DNA from: Candidatus Saccharimonadales bacterium
GTDB taxonomy: Bacteria > Patescibacteriota > Saccharimonadia > Saccharimonadales > UBA10212
Length of the DNA stretch: 64,000 bases
Direction of reading: 5' to 3'
NCBI GenBank assembly: GCA_035758565.1
Contig: DASTXL010000002.1
Span: forward strand, 83,118-147,117
Positions 16,523 to 24,357 of the stretch are shown one piece after another; position 1 is the stretch's first letter; every line of letters starts with the position of its first letter. A program made the position numbers and the translations under genes. Below the pieces are notes generated by a model. The model was not told where the DNA came from. It worked only from the letters and a program-made list of their open reading frames with translations, and ran no database searches.

Positions 16523-16801
16523 TTAGCGGCGAATGCCGAGCTTTTTAATCAAAGCAAGGTAGGCTTCGCCGTCACGAGCGGCAATGTATTTAAGCAAACG
16601 CTTGCGCTTACCAACCATCTGCAGAAGCGCGCGGCGAGCCGCAAAATCGTGCTTATTGCGCTTCATGTGATCTGTTAGTTCGGCAATCCGGGCAGTCAAA
16701 GTAGCTACCTGCACAGCAGGGCTACCGGTGTCTTTATCGTGAGCCTTGTGGTCACTCGCGACCGCGGCTTTCTTCTCACTAGTTATCATTCTTGGGGTCA
16801 T
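16523..16801 (-). CDS. rpsO: 30S ribosomal protein uS15
   Basis: GSPAVQVATLTARIAELTDHMKRNKHDFAARRALLQMVGKRKRLLKY. It sits upstream of pnp, as in the classical rpsO-pnp unit. Confidence 0.95.
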   Translation of the reverse strand: MTPRMITSEKKAAVASDHKAHDKDTGSPAVQVATLTARIAELTDHMKRNKHDFAARRALLQMVGKRKRLLKYIAARDGEAYLALIKKLGIRR

Positions 16802-16810
16802 TTTAGCAAA

Positions 16811-17503
16811 TTAAAGGTGTTTTGGCAAGGTCTGAACACTCCTTTGAATAATTTCTGCGTTCAGTGGCTCAATCTCGAGCGCATCGTCTATTTTATAGTC
16901 TGCAATTTTTGTTCGTTTGAGTGCAGACATATAGGCGCCGGTACCTAAGTTTGCGCCGATATCTTCTACTAAGCTGCGGATGTAAGTACCGCTGCTAACA
17001 GAGGTGGTGAAGCTTAATTTTGGATATTTGTATTCAATGTTTTCTATGGAATTAATCGTGACTTGACGCGGCTCAATTTTCACCTCTTTGCCCACCCTGG
17101 CTAGTTTGTAGGCCCGCTGGCCGTTGACTTTGATAGCCGAATAAATCGGGGGCGTCTGGTAAATATTGCCCACAAATTTGCTCAATACCATGCGCACCTC
17201 GGTTTCATCTGGGCGCTGAGTACTTTTTTTGGTTATTTCACCCTCGATATCTCCTGTTGAGCTTGTAGCGCCAAGAGCTGCTTCTACTTCATATGTTTTA
17301 TCGAGCTTAGAAAATTCGTTGGCCCGTTTGCAATACTTACCAATAACTAAAACCATTAAGCCGGAGGCGGCCGGATCCAGCGTGCCAGTATGCCCAACCT
17401 TTACTTTATACCCAGCGGCTTCACTTAAAGCGCGCCGCACGCGAGCAACCACACCAAAGCTTGAGATTCCAGCAGGTTTATTAACTAACAAAAAGCCGTC
17501 CAT
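16811..17503 (-). CDS. truB: tRNA pseudouridine-55 synthase
   Basis: The catalytic motif GHTGTLDPAASG and overall TruB collinearity. Confidence 0.9.
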   Translation of the reverse strand: MDGFLLVNKPAGISSFGVVARVRRALSEAAGYKVKVGHTGTLDPAASGLMVLVIGKYCKRANEFSKLDKTYEVEAALGATSSTGDIEGEITKKSTQRPDETEVRMVLSKFVGNIYQTPPIYSAIKVNGQRAYKLARVGKEVKIEPRQVTINSIENIEYKYPKLSFTTSVSSGTYIRSLVEDIGANLGTGAYMSALKRTKIADYKIDDALEIEPLNAEIIQRSVQTLPKHL

Positions 17504-17535
17504 GATGGCTAAGAGTATAAAGATTTACTTCTTAT

Positions 17536-19179
17536 CTAGCCAGCGTGGTTACCAAAAGGTGGCGTGCTCATCGGCATAAACGGTGGCGGTACTGGTGGCG
17601 GGGCAGTTGAATTGGTAGGCTTATTGTCTGCTTTATCTGTAGGAGTTGGCGTAGTCGAGCCTGGGATCGGCAAACTAGGCGTACCGTTAGGCTCTGGCTT
17701 TGCGGCGGGCTGTTCGTGGGCAGGCTCGGCCAACTCGGTAGCGCCCAAGCTCTCTACAGGATTATTAGCTGGGTCAAATGGCACGCTCGATAGAGCACTT
17801 TCTACAGCATTACGAGCGGCATTAACATCGGTGGCCGGGGCTTGAGCAGCTGGTTTATCCTCGGTCTTTTCGGCCTTGGCGGCTGTCTGTTCACTGAGTG
17901 GCTTAATAACGGTTTTATGCTCGAAAATCTGTTCTTTGCCGGGGCCGTCACCACTCAGGGGATCAATCGGCACACTGTCATAAGGATCCTGCCATTCTGG
18001 CATAGTAGAGGCCGTTAATGGACTTTCTAAGAACGGATGCTTAGTGGCAGGGTTTAATAAAGTATGCGAACCGGGCATTTCCGAAGGATCGGGCTCGGCT
18101 TCTTTCTCTTCAGATTTTTTAGACTCTTCGGCTGTTGAAGTTACGGCTTCTAGCGGCGACTTTGGACCTTTGTCGCTATCGTCGTCGTCATCTTCTTTTT
18201 TTTCGCTCTCAATAGGTTTTATGAGTTCGCCGGCTGTTTTTAGATTTCCCTGTTCGTCTATGTGGATCTCGTCGGATTCGGCGGCTTTGGCTTTTTCTTC
18301 TTTTTGTTTTCTTTCGGATTCTTTGAGTTTGGCCTCAAGATCGTGTTTGACGCTCAGGGTGCCGTCTTCGTCTACTTCTGATTCTTCGGTTTTTTCGGCA
18401 ACCGGTTTAGCAGCTTGAGGCGGTGCGGCTTGGTCGAGCTTGCTGACAATGAGCTGCTGGTTAGCGCCCGCCGCCATTAACTGGGCGCTCATTGTCATAA
18501 CTTTTGGCGAAGTCTTGGCGTTCCCGAATCTGGCAGTCTCGGCAACGATACCGGTTAAGAAAGCCGTAGCTATTTGGCCGTCAATCAAGCCCCCGCCAAA
18601 TGCTTCCGAGATACTGACCAGCATTTCGGACAAGCTGCTGGCCGAAGTATCCTGCCAGTTAATCTGTCCAACATCCGGCGCCTTGCCCTGTCCGGCGTTC
18701 AACGAAATAACCGTGGCGTCGTGCAAAATTCGACCGTGAGCCGAAATAGCAGCGTCAATTTGATTACGGTCTTTGATGCCAAGCGCCATAACCACCTCGA
18801 CATTAAAGTCACCTTGGCCGAACATTAGGTCTTTTTCGGTCAGGCTGGTTCTATAAGGAGTTATAAAGATTTTGACTACTTGGTCCTCGACCTTATAACG
18901 CAGCTTGTCGGCCTTTTCTTTATCGAGGCTGATTATAAAATCGCGTAGACTGTCCGTATTTGTTTCGATTGTTCGTTCGGGTTGTAAAAATTCTAGGGTC
19001 GAGGGCACTTGCCCCGAAAAAACAGCTGTGGCGTGTTTTTGCATTTTGTTGAGCAACAGTGTCAAACCAATGCACGCAGCCAACTGGTCAACAGTGGGGT
19101 TAGTGCTGACAGTTACTAAAACATTAGTCGCCTGGCGGACTCTTTCTACAATCTGTTGTTTTGCGGCTGCCGGATCCAT
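17536..19179 (-). CDS. NrnA-like DHH-family homologue with substituted catalytic motifs and a long disordered C-terminal tail
   Basis: WQDTSASSLSEM and GIVAETARF resemble NrnA (WVDTSASSVSEM, GIVGDTGRF, recalled from memory). The DxD position reads NPTVD and the DHH position reads SLNAGQ. The C-terminal 300 aa or so are Glu/Lys/Pro/Ala-rich low complexity. Confidence 0.55.
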   Translation of the reverse strand: MDPAAAKQQIVERVRQATNVLVTVSTNPTVDQLAACIGLTLLLNKMQKHATAVFSGQVPSTLEFLQPERTIETNTDSLRDFIISLDKEKADKLRYKVEDQVVKIFITPYRTSLTEKDLMFGQGDFNVEVVMALGIKDRNQIDAAISAHGRILHDATVISLNAGQGKAPDVGQINWQDTSASSLSEMLVSISEAFGGGLIDGQIATAFLTGIVAETARFGNAKTSPKVMTMSAQLMAAGANQQLIVSKLDQAAPPQAAKPVAEKTEESEVDEDGTLSVKHDLEAKLKESERKQKEEKAKAAESDEIHIDEQGNLKTAGELIKPIESEKKEDDDDDSDKGPKSPLEAVTSTAEESKKSEEKEAEPDPSEMPGSHTLLNPATKHPFLESPLTASTMPEWQDPYDSVPIDPLSGDGPGKEQIFEHKTVIKPLSEQTAAKAEKTEDKPAAQAPATDVNAARNAVESALSSVPFDPANNPVESLGATELAEPAHEQPAAKPEPNGTPSLPIPGSTTPTPTDKADNKPTNSTAPPPVPPPFMPMSTPPFGNHAG

Positions 19180-19260
19180 ATAAGTAGTTTACGTTTTTAT
19201 TTTAGAATCTTCTGTAGTCAGATTATCACCGAAGTTAAGCATAAGCAAGCTATTTTCTTT

Positions 19261-19330
19261 ACCCAGCACTTAGCTTCAAGACAGCCGCTTAAAGCGGCTA
19301 TTATGAAAGATTTGAAGCTAAGTGCTGGGT
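19261..19330. other. 70-nt perfect nested hairpin in the divergent intergenic region upstream of rpsT
   Basis: ACCCAGCACTTAGCTTCAA (19261-19279) pairs perfectly with TTGAAGCTAAGTGCTGGGT (19312-19330). An inner hairpin is AGCCGC/GCGGCT (19283-19299). Confidence 0.6.
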
Positions 19331-19404
19331 TTACAAATTAACACCTTAAAGGTATAGTCATTGCTTGTATCAAGTTTAATCACTCGTTAAGGAGTTAAGT
19401 TTAA

Positions 19405-19746
19405 GTGCCTATTATTAAATCAGCGAAAAAACGCGTAAAGGTTGCCCAGAAAGCTAACTTGCGCAACGTAAAAACTAAGCGTTCAATGCGTGAGGCTTTG
19501 AAAGCTTTTGCTAAGGTGTTGGCTAGCGGTACCCCGGCCGAAATTTCTGAGGCTGAGCGCAAGGCTGTCAGCGCCATTGACCAGGCTGCCAAAAAGGCCG
19601 TTATTCACAAAAACAAGGCTGCTCGCCAAAAGGCCGCATTGTCTGCTAAAGCCAAGGCTGCCGGCGCTAAGAAAACCACTGCCAAAAAGCCGGCCGCCAA
19701 GAAGGCTGCTGCTAAAAAGCCAGCTGCCAAAAAAGCCGCTAAATAG
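19405..19746 (+). CDS. rpsT: 30S ribosomal protein bS20 with a Lys/Ala-rich C-terminal extension
   Basis: GTG start after AAGGAG. The N-terminus PIIKSAKKRVKVAQKANLRNVKTKRSMREALK is typical of S20. The tail is AKAAGAKKTTAKKPAAKKAAAKKPAAKKAAK. Confidence 0.9.
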   Translation: MPIIKSAKKRVKVAQKANLRNVKTKRSMREALKAFAKVLASGTPAEISEAERKAVSAIDQAAKKAVIHKNKAARQKAALSAKAKAAGAKKTTAKKPAAKKAAAKKPAAKKAAK

Positions 19747-20653
19747 CGGTGATATAAGTACGAATTGCTTCGTCGAGATCGACCGGTTTGGATTTTCCTA
19801 GCCGGTCGATTTTTTCGGCCTCGGAAGCTAGCTCTTGCAGTTTGTGAACAGTTATTTTTTTGGCCAGCGGCTGAGCTTTGCTCACCGGAAACTGGCCAAG
19901 ACCGGCATCGGCTGCGATCTCGGCGGCTGACTTTTGCTGTCCTAATTTGGCCAGCGCCAAAATTCGCAACTGCCAAGCTAACATGGCCATAATTTCTTGC
20001 GGTTCTACGCGCATGCTTCGTTGTTCGTCGTACAGTTCCAGCGCCCGCTTTTTATCACCGCCAAAGGCCGCATCTAGCAAATCAAAAACTTTGCTTTGAG
20101 GTGTTTTTTCAGTCAATAGATCAATTGTCTGCCGGCTAATCGCGGGGTCGTAGGTTACTAATTTTTCTACTTCTCTAGCTAGAATTTGTTGGTTGTCGCC
20201 TACCCGGCCAACCAAATAATTAGCGTCACTTAAACTAATCGAGCCGCCTTGTTCTTTGGCATAATCCACTAGCCACTTGGCCAAACTACGGCTGTCTGGC
20301 AAATTAAATTCTTCAAGTGCCGTCTTGGATTTTAAGGTTTTATAATAACTGGAGCGCTTATCAATTGCCGGCTCGTAAAAAACAAGGTTAGTAGAATCGG
20401 CCGCTGACTCAATAATTTGTTCAATGGTCTCGCTAGCCAATTTGTTGGCGGCGAAGTTTCTTAAAACAACTAATTTCTTAGCTGCCAAAAAAGGTAAACT
20501 TTGCACAGCGTCAATTACGTTTTGGGCGCTAACTTCTTCGCCGTCGATACGCTCTACGGCCAAATCGCCGTGTTCAGCAATAAAGTCGTCAACCAACTGG
20601 TTGAGTCGGCGGCTTAATTCAAAGCTATTGCTCCCGCACAAAGAAATTATCAT
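19739..20653 (-). CDS. holA: DNA polymerase III delta subunit
   Basis: HolA-like pattern MIISLCGSNSFELSRRLNQLVDDF...LVFYE...KLVTYDP. I place the start at the internal ATG 20653 (or 20671), because the 20740 start would overlap dut. Confidence 0.75.
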   Translation of the reverse strand: MIISLCGSNSFELSRRLNQLVDDFIAEHGDLAVERIDGEEVSAQNVIDAVQSLPFLAAKKLVVLRNFAANKLASETIEQIIESAADSTNLVFYEPAIDKRSSYYKTLKSKTALEEFNLPDSRSLAKWLVDYAKEQGGSISLSDANYLVGRVGDNQQILAREVEKLVTYDPAISRQTIDLLTEKTPQSKVFDLLDAAFGGDKKRALELYDEQRSMRVEPQEIMAMLAWQLRILALAKLGQQKSAAEIAADAGLGQFPVSKAQPLAKKITVHKLQELASEAEKIDRLGKSKPVDLDEAIRTYITAI

Positions 20654-20681
20654 CTTTAGAAATGATATCATTGGAGAGATT

Positions 20682-21173
20682 ATGGGAGCGAACAAACATA
20701 AAATTCCGGCTAAGCTAACTAGCGGTACAGTGCTGCCCAAAAAAGCAACACCAGGAGCAGCCGGTTTAGATTTTGTGGCTATTAAAAGAGAGTTTTTTAA
20801 AGTTGAAAACGGCGAATTTAAAAATATAGAACCAACCGAAGCTAGGCAATTCGACTTGGTGCGCTATAGGACGGGCATTTTTATAGAGTTGCCTGAAGGT
20901 TGTGTGGCGCTGGCTTTTGCCCGTTCAAGCATTGCTAAAATGCCGCTGATTATGGCTAACACTACAGGAGTAATAGATTCTGATTACCGCGGCGAAATTA
21001 TGTTTATGTTCAGAATTTTGAATCCGGAAAATATTGTCGAAACGGCTTATCAAATTGGCGACCGTATTGGCCAGCTAGTGATTATGAAGGTCGAAGACGC
21101 GGAGCTTATAAAAACCGACGAGCTAAACAGCTCTCACCGCGGCGACGGCGCTTACGGCTCAACCGGCCGTTAA
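20682..21173 (+). CDS. dut: dUTP diphosphatase
   Basis: dUTPase motifs ARSSIA, GVIDSDYRGEI, RIGQLV, RGDGAYGSTG. The ATG at 20682 is preceded by GGAGAG. The 5' part of the track ORF (20424-20681) is antisense to holA. Confidence 0.9.
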   Translation: MGANKHKIPAKLTSGTVLPKKATPGAAGLDFVAIKREFFKVENGEFKNIEPTEARQFDLVRYRTGIFIELPEGCVALAFARSSIAKMPLIMANTTGVIDSDYRGEIMFMFRILNPENIVETAYQIGDRIGQLVIMKVEDAELIKTDELNSSHRGDGAYGSTGR

Positions 21174-22208
21174 CTAAGGCAAGATTTGGTCGTGCGGGCA
21201 AAAGTGTGTACCTCGGCCAGCTACACGGGTTTTTTCGATAATCGTGCCGCAGCGCGGACACGGCTGGCCTTCTTTTCTAAACACATTGGCAAAGCTTAGG
21301 TAGCTACCTTTGTTGCCTTCGGCATCGACATAGTTTTTATCAGTGCTGCCGCCTTTTTCTATAGATAGTCTTAGCACTTGCAGCAATCCGTTATAAAGAG
21401 CCATGAGCTTGGTTTTAGGGATTTGGCTAACTATGGTTGCCGGGTGAATTTTGGCCAGCCACAGCGATTCGTCGGCATAAATGTTACCCACGCCGGCAAG
21501 CACTGTTTGATCCAGCAAAACGGCTTTAATGTTGCTGTTCTTGCGCCGCATAATACGCTCAATAAACATATCAACCGTAAAGTCGTCTTCTAGCGGTTCC
21601 GGGCCAACCTTTTTAAAGAAATCTATTTCTGGGATTTCGATAGTCGGCATCAGGCGCATCCAGCCGAACTTGCGCTGATCGTTGAAAAACAACTGCGGGC
21701 CGTGTGGGCCTACTTTTGGGCGAAGCCCAAAACTCCGCCCACGCTCTTGGCCGATTGCCTCGTCAGCGACTCCAGTGCTCACGCTTCGTACTTTTTGTAC
21801 GATTTGCTCCGCGCTTCGTCGCTTCCTAGCACTCGGCTCAAGCCCATCGGTTATTTCCGCTTTTCTAGGCTCAAATGTAATAATTACACGCGTAGATTTC
21901 GCGGGCAGGTCGTTCACTAAGTCGGCGTTCGGATGCCCGGCTCCAAACCTTTGTTGGCCGACAAAAACCAGCTGGCCGGTCATTTTTAAGTGGATTATCA
22001 GAGAGTATTGACTAGAAAGATCGATGATCAAAACCTTTGCTCTGCGCCTAACGCCAACTACTTCGGCGCCGACCAAAAAACGCGCTACATCGGCTGGCGC
22101 ATTCGGAAAAGACTTCGGCCAATCGTGCTCGACAGTTTTAATTTTCAAGCCTGGCAAAAGGCGGCTTAAGCCTATGCGGATAGTCTCCACTTCTGGCAAT
22201 TCAGGCAT
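21174..22208 (-). CDS. mutM: Formamidopyrimidine-DNA glycosylase carrying an internal insertion of about 58 aa
   Basis: N-terminal PELPEVE, an H2TH region and a C-terminal zinc finger (CPRCG...FCPHD, where the fourth ligand position is not Cys). At 344 aa it is longer than the roughly 270 aa typical of the family. The extra segment spans residues about 114-171. Confidence 0.9.
   Translation of the reverse strand: MPELPEVETIRIGLSRLLPGLKIKTVEHDWPKSFPNAPADVARFLVGAEVVGVRRRAKVLIIDLSSQYSLIIHLKMTGQLVFVGQQRFGAGHPNADLVNDLPAKSTRVIITFEPRKAEITDGLEPSARKRRSAEQIVQKVRSVSTGVADEAIGQERGRSFGLRPKVGPHGPQLFFNDQRKFGWMRLMPTIEIPEIDFFKKVGPEPLEDDFTVDMFIERIMRRKNSNIKAVLLDQTVLAGVGNIYADESLWLAKIHPATIVSQIPKTKLMALYNGLLQVLRLSIEKGGSTDKNYVDAEGNKGSYLSFANVFRKEGQPCPRCGTIIEKTRVAGRGTHFCPHDQILP
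21704..21832 (-). repeat. Structured repeat element of about 130 nt, copy F, in frame inside fpg
   Basis: Nested hairpin (GTGGGC 21704-21709 / GCCCAC 21737-21742 enclosing TTTTGGGC/GCCCAAAA), then CTCTTGGCCGATTGC, hairpin TCGTAC/GTACGA (21786-21802), GCGCTTCG, TCCTAGCA. The order and spacing match 6376-6506. Confidence 0.55.
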
Positions 22209-22345
22209 TATAACCTTGACCTCTTCTTCTGTTTCAATCCCAGCACTAAAATCTTGATATTCCGCAATCTGATTACAGACTGCTCCATTTCAGGACTTAG
22301 CGCGGGACAGGCTTCGGGTAACTCCGGCATGCGCTAATTATTATA

Positions 22346-23143
22346 CTAGGCGGCTTGCTGCAGTACTTCATCTCTGAAGGCCGCGGCTTCGTGAGGATGC
22401 AAGGCAAAGCCTGGCTTGCGCGCATCAATATCTAAGGGAATTCGAAGAATTGTTGGCCGCTTTTGACGATCAATTTCAAGAGGAGTTTGGCTGGTTTTGA
22501 TCTGGAACGACCTCGTGGCTCCGTCTTGTGCGCGAACCATTATATCTTCAGCAAAATCTATGTCGTGTCTAGACGGTGAATATGTTGTTAGCGGAAAGCC
22601 AATCTTTTTAAACCCTTCGCAACCGATGTATTCGGCCACTATTCCTGACAAAATTCGGCTAACGCTGGCACCTCTGGCGGCCCTTTGTAGCGGAGTTTCA
22701 TTTGGTGGAATGCCCGAAACTAGCGTTCTGGCGTTGCTCAAAATTGCCTTAAGCATATCGTAGGTGTCGCGGCTGCTTTTGAGCGGAAAGGTCTCGCAAT
22801 ATTCGCGCATAAGATATTGAAAGCTAACCTTACCCGTATTCAACTCTGTTAGGTGGTCGCTGTGGCCACCAGATTCATATATATCCGAGTTGCTGAGGTA
22901 TAACACTCCCGCCACCATAAATCGGTTATGAAAGTCCGTCATGGTTGATTCGTAACTTCTGGCCACTACTGGAAGCTCAAAACTTGGGTACTCAAAAAGC
23001 TTTCGCGCAAGGGATGCGGCTCTGGTCGCTCTTTCGGTGGGTCTTATGCCATAGCCAAGATTGTTCAAAAGAACACCCCATGTTTCAGAAACCTCTGGTT
23101 TAGGGGTTGGAAGCCCGGGATCAAATTGGCCTGACTTTTTCAT
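22346..23143 (-). CDS. Orphan protein with a PD-(D/E)xK-like C-terminal pattern (paralogue 1)
   Basis: The C-terminus GIVAEYIGCEGFKKIGFPLTTY...HDIDFAEDI...SFQIKTS parallels the neighbouring gene. The E...D...QxK arrangement is reminiscent of Mrr-cat/DUF4365-type nuclease folds (pattern-level only). Confidence 0.5.
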   Translation of the reverse strand: MKKSGQFDPGLPTPKPEVSETWGVLLNNLGYGIRPTERATRAASLARKLFEYPSFELPVVARSYESTMTDFHNRFMVAGVLYLSNSDIYESGGHSDHLTELNTGKVSFQYLMREYCETFPLKSSRDTYDMLKAILSNARTLVSGIPPNETPLQRAARGASVSRILSGIVAEYIGCEGFKKIGFPLTTYSPSRHDIDFAEDIMVRAQDGATRSFQIKTSQTPLEIDRQKRPTILRIPLDIDARKPGFALHPHEAAAFRDEVLQQAA

Positions 23144-23203
23144 AAATAATCCAAATTTGGCCTAATTTTACAATTTTTACATCATTTTTCAAATATAGGC
23201 AAG

Positions 23204-24061
23204 CTAAAGCGCGACGCCGGCCAAAATATCTAACTTAGCTAGGACAGCCTGCTCTAGTTGACCAGCTTCGTCAGAGGGCAAATTCAAACTCGATCTAGAC
23301 ATAGGAACCCGTACGATAAATCCGTCAGGGGTATGAACTATGTCCAATCCTGGGTCCGCGCCCTTTTTAGCCTTAACCTGAACGGCTAAGCTCTCTAATC
23401 TTCGATTAGTGACAAACGGCAATTTTATGTCAGTCTGAGCCAGATCTTCTTCGGCCGACGCATAGGTAGCAAGTTCCCAGCCGCTGGCCCTTAACGCCAT
23501 CAAAATTTTATGCTCGGCTAGCATACCTATCAACTCGCCGTTAGTTTGGTTGATTCGACTATAAGTTATATCTAAGTCGTCCTCTAATAAACACTTGGCT
23601 TCATACATTACTGTTCTTAAGCCTTCCAACAGCAGAGGGTCGCCCGCGCCCTCAAAGGCGCCGACATAGTCTTGGAGATGCTGCAGAAAGTTTTTCTTTG
23701 ATTCTATTTTTTTGAGCACATGGCCTATAAAACGAGATTTGCGCCTACCCTTAAACTTGCTTTCTTCGCTGGGGATGGCCAGATCGGCAAGCTGAGAATA
23801 CGCTAGTAAAGCAACCGCATCGATAAACAAAGAAGAGACCACATCCGAGCCATAAGTTTCCGACATAGGGTCAATCGAAAGGCTGTCTAGGCCGTAGCGC
23901 TGAGTGGCCCTAATGAGCATCTCTGCCCGTTGTTGCGGGTTGGCGCTGCGGCTCGCTAGATCGGCAAAGTTCTGCTCGATTACGTCAACCGTCGGCAGCT
24001 GGCCGCGCAAAGCATCTTGCATGTTAAAAGCTTGCGGCCTTAACCTCTCTTGATAACTCAT
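23204..24061 (-). CDS. Orphan protein with a PD-(D/E)xK-like C-terminal pattern (paralogue 2)
   Basis: The C-terminus GMLAEHKILMALRASGWELATY...EEDLAQTDI...LAVQVKAKK follows a helical N-terminal domain unrelated to any family I recognise. Confidence 0.5.
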   Translation of the reverse strand: MSYQERLRPQAFNMQDALRGQLPTVDVIEQNFADLASRSANPQQRAEMLIRATQRYGLDSLSIDPMSETYGSDVVSSLFIDAVALLAYSQLADLAIPSEESKFKGRRKSRFIGHVLKKIESKKNFLQHLQDYVGAFEGAGDPLLLEGLRTVMYEAKCLLEDDLDITYSRINQTNGELIGMLAEHKILMALRASGWELATYASAEEDLAQTDIKLPFVTNRRLESLAVQVKAKKGADPGLDIVHTPDGFIVRVPMSRSSLNLPSDEAGQLEQAVLAKLDILAGVAL

Positions 24062-24096
24062 AGGCTAACTCTATAACGATAATTCTTATCCGTAAA

Positions 24097-24354
24097 ATGT
24101 TATCCTTGTCTTACATGGACAGTTTGCAAAATATTATGGCCAACCACCATTTTGAGGCGCCGGACGAAGCCAAAGCGCTCAAGGATTATTTGTTGCGCAA
24201 ATACAACACCGAGGGCCGCATAAAAGTCGATGATAATAATGTGATTTTAAGCGTGCCGAGCTCTGCCCTGGCGGCCACGCTTCAGCTGGAGCGCGATAAA
24301 GTTGCCCGAGAGTGTGGCATTAAAAAACGTTTAGTTATTAGAACCGGCCGCTAA
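24097..24354 (+). CDS. DUF721/DciA-like small protein
   Basis: ILSVPSSALAATLQLERDKVARECGIKKRLVIR resembles the DUF721 core (L-x-V-x-V-x-S-S-x-W-A-x-E-L ... I-x-x-I-x-F-R). Short length fits the family. Confidence 0.45.
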   Translation: MLSLSYMDSLQNIMANHHFEAPDEAKALKDYLLRKYNTEGRIKVDDNNVILSVPSSALAATLQLERDKVARECGIKKRLVIRTGR

Positions 24355-24357
24355 AAC

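Noticed and set aside
19508-19976. ORFs 19508-19801 (+) and 19605-19976 (-) overlapping the rpsT tail and the holA 3' end
   Set aside because: These are alternative frames of the Lys/Ala-rich S20 tail (a GCN/AAR repeat) and antisense to holA. The translations are repetitive Pro/Leu/Arg or Ala/Phe/Leu strings.
20424-20681. N-terminal 86 codons of the track ORF 20424-21173
   Set aside because: This part is antisense to holA and lacks dUTPase similarity. The ATG at 20682 has an SD and begins the conserved region.
21696-21869. Intein or intron as an explanation for the fpg insertion
   Set aside because: It is only about 58 codons long. It lacks intein splice-junction residues (N-terminal Cys/Ser, C-terminal His-Asn plus Cys/Ser/Thr). 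It is too short for, and lacks the conserved cores of, group I or II introns. It is in frame and homologous to an intergenic repeat.
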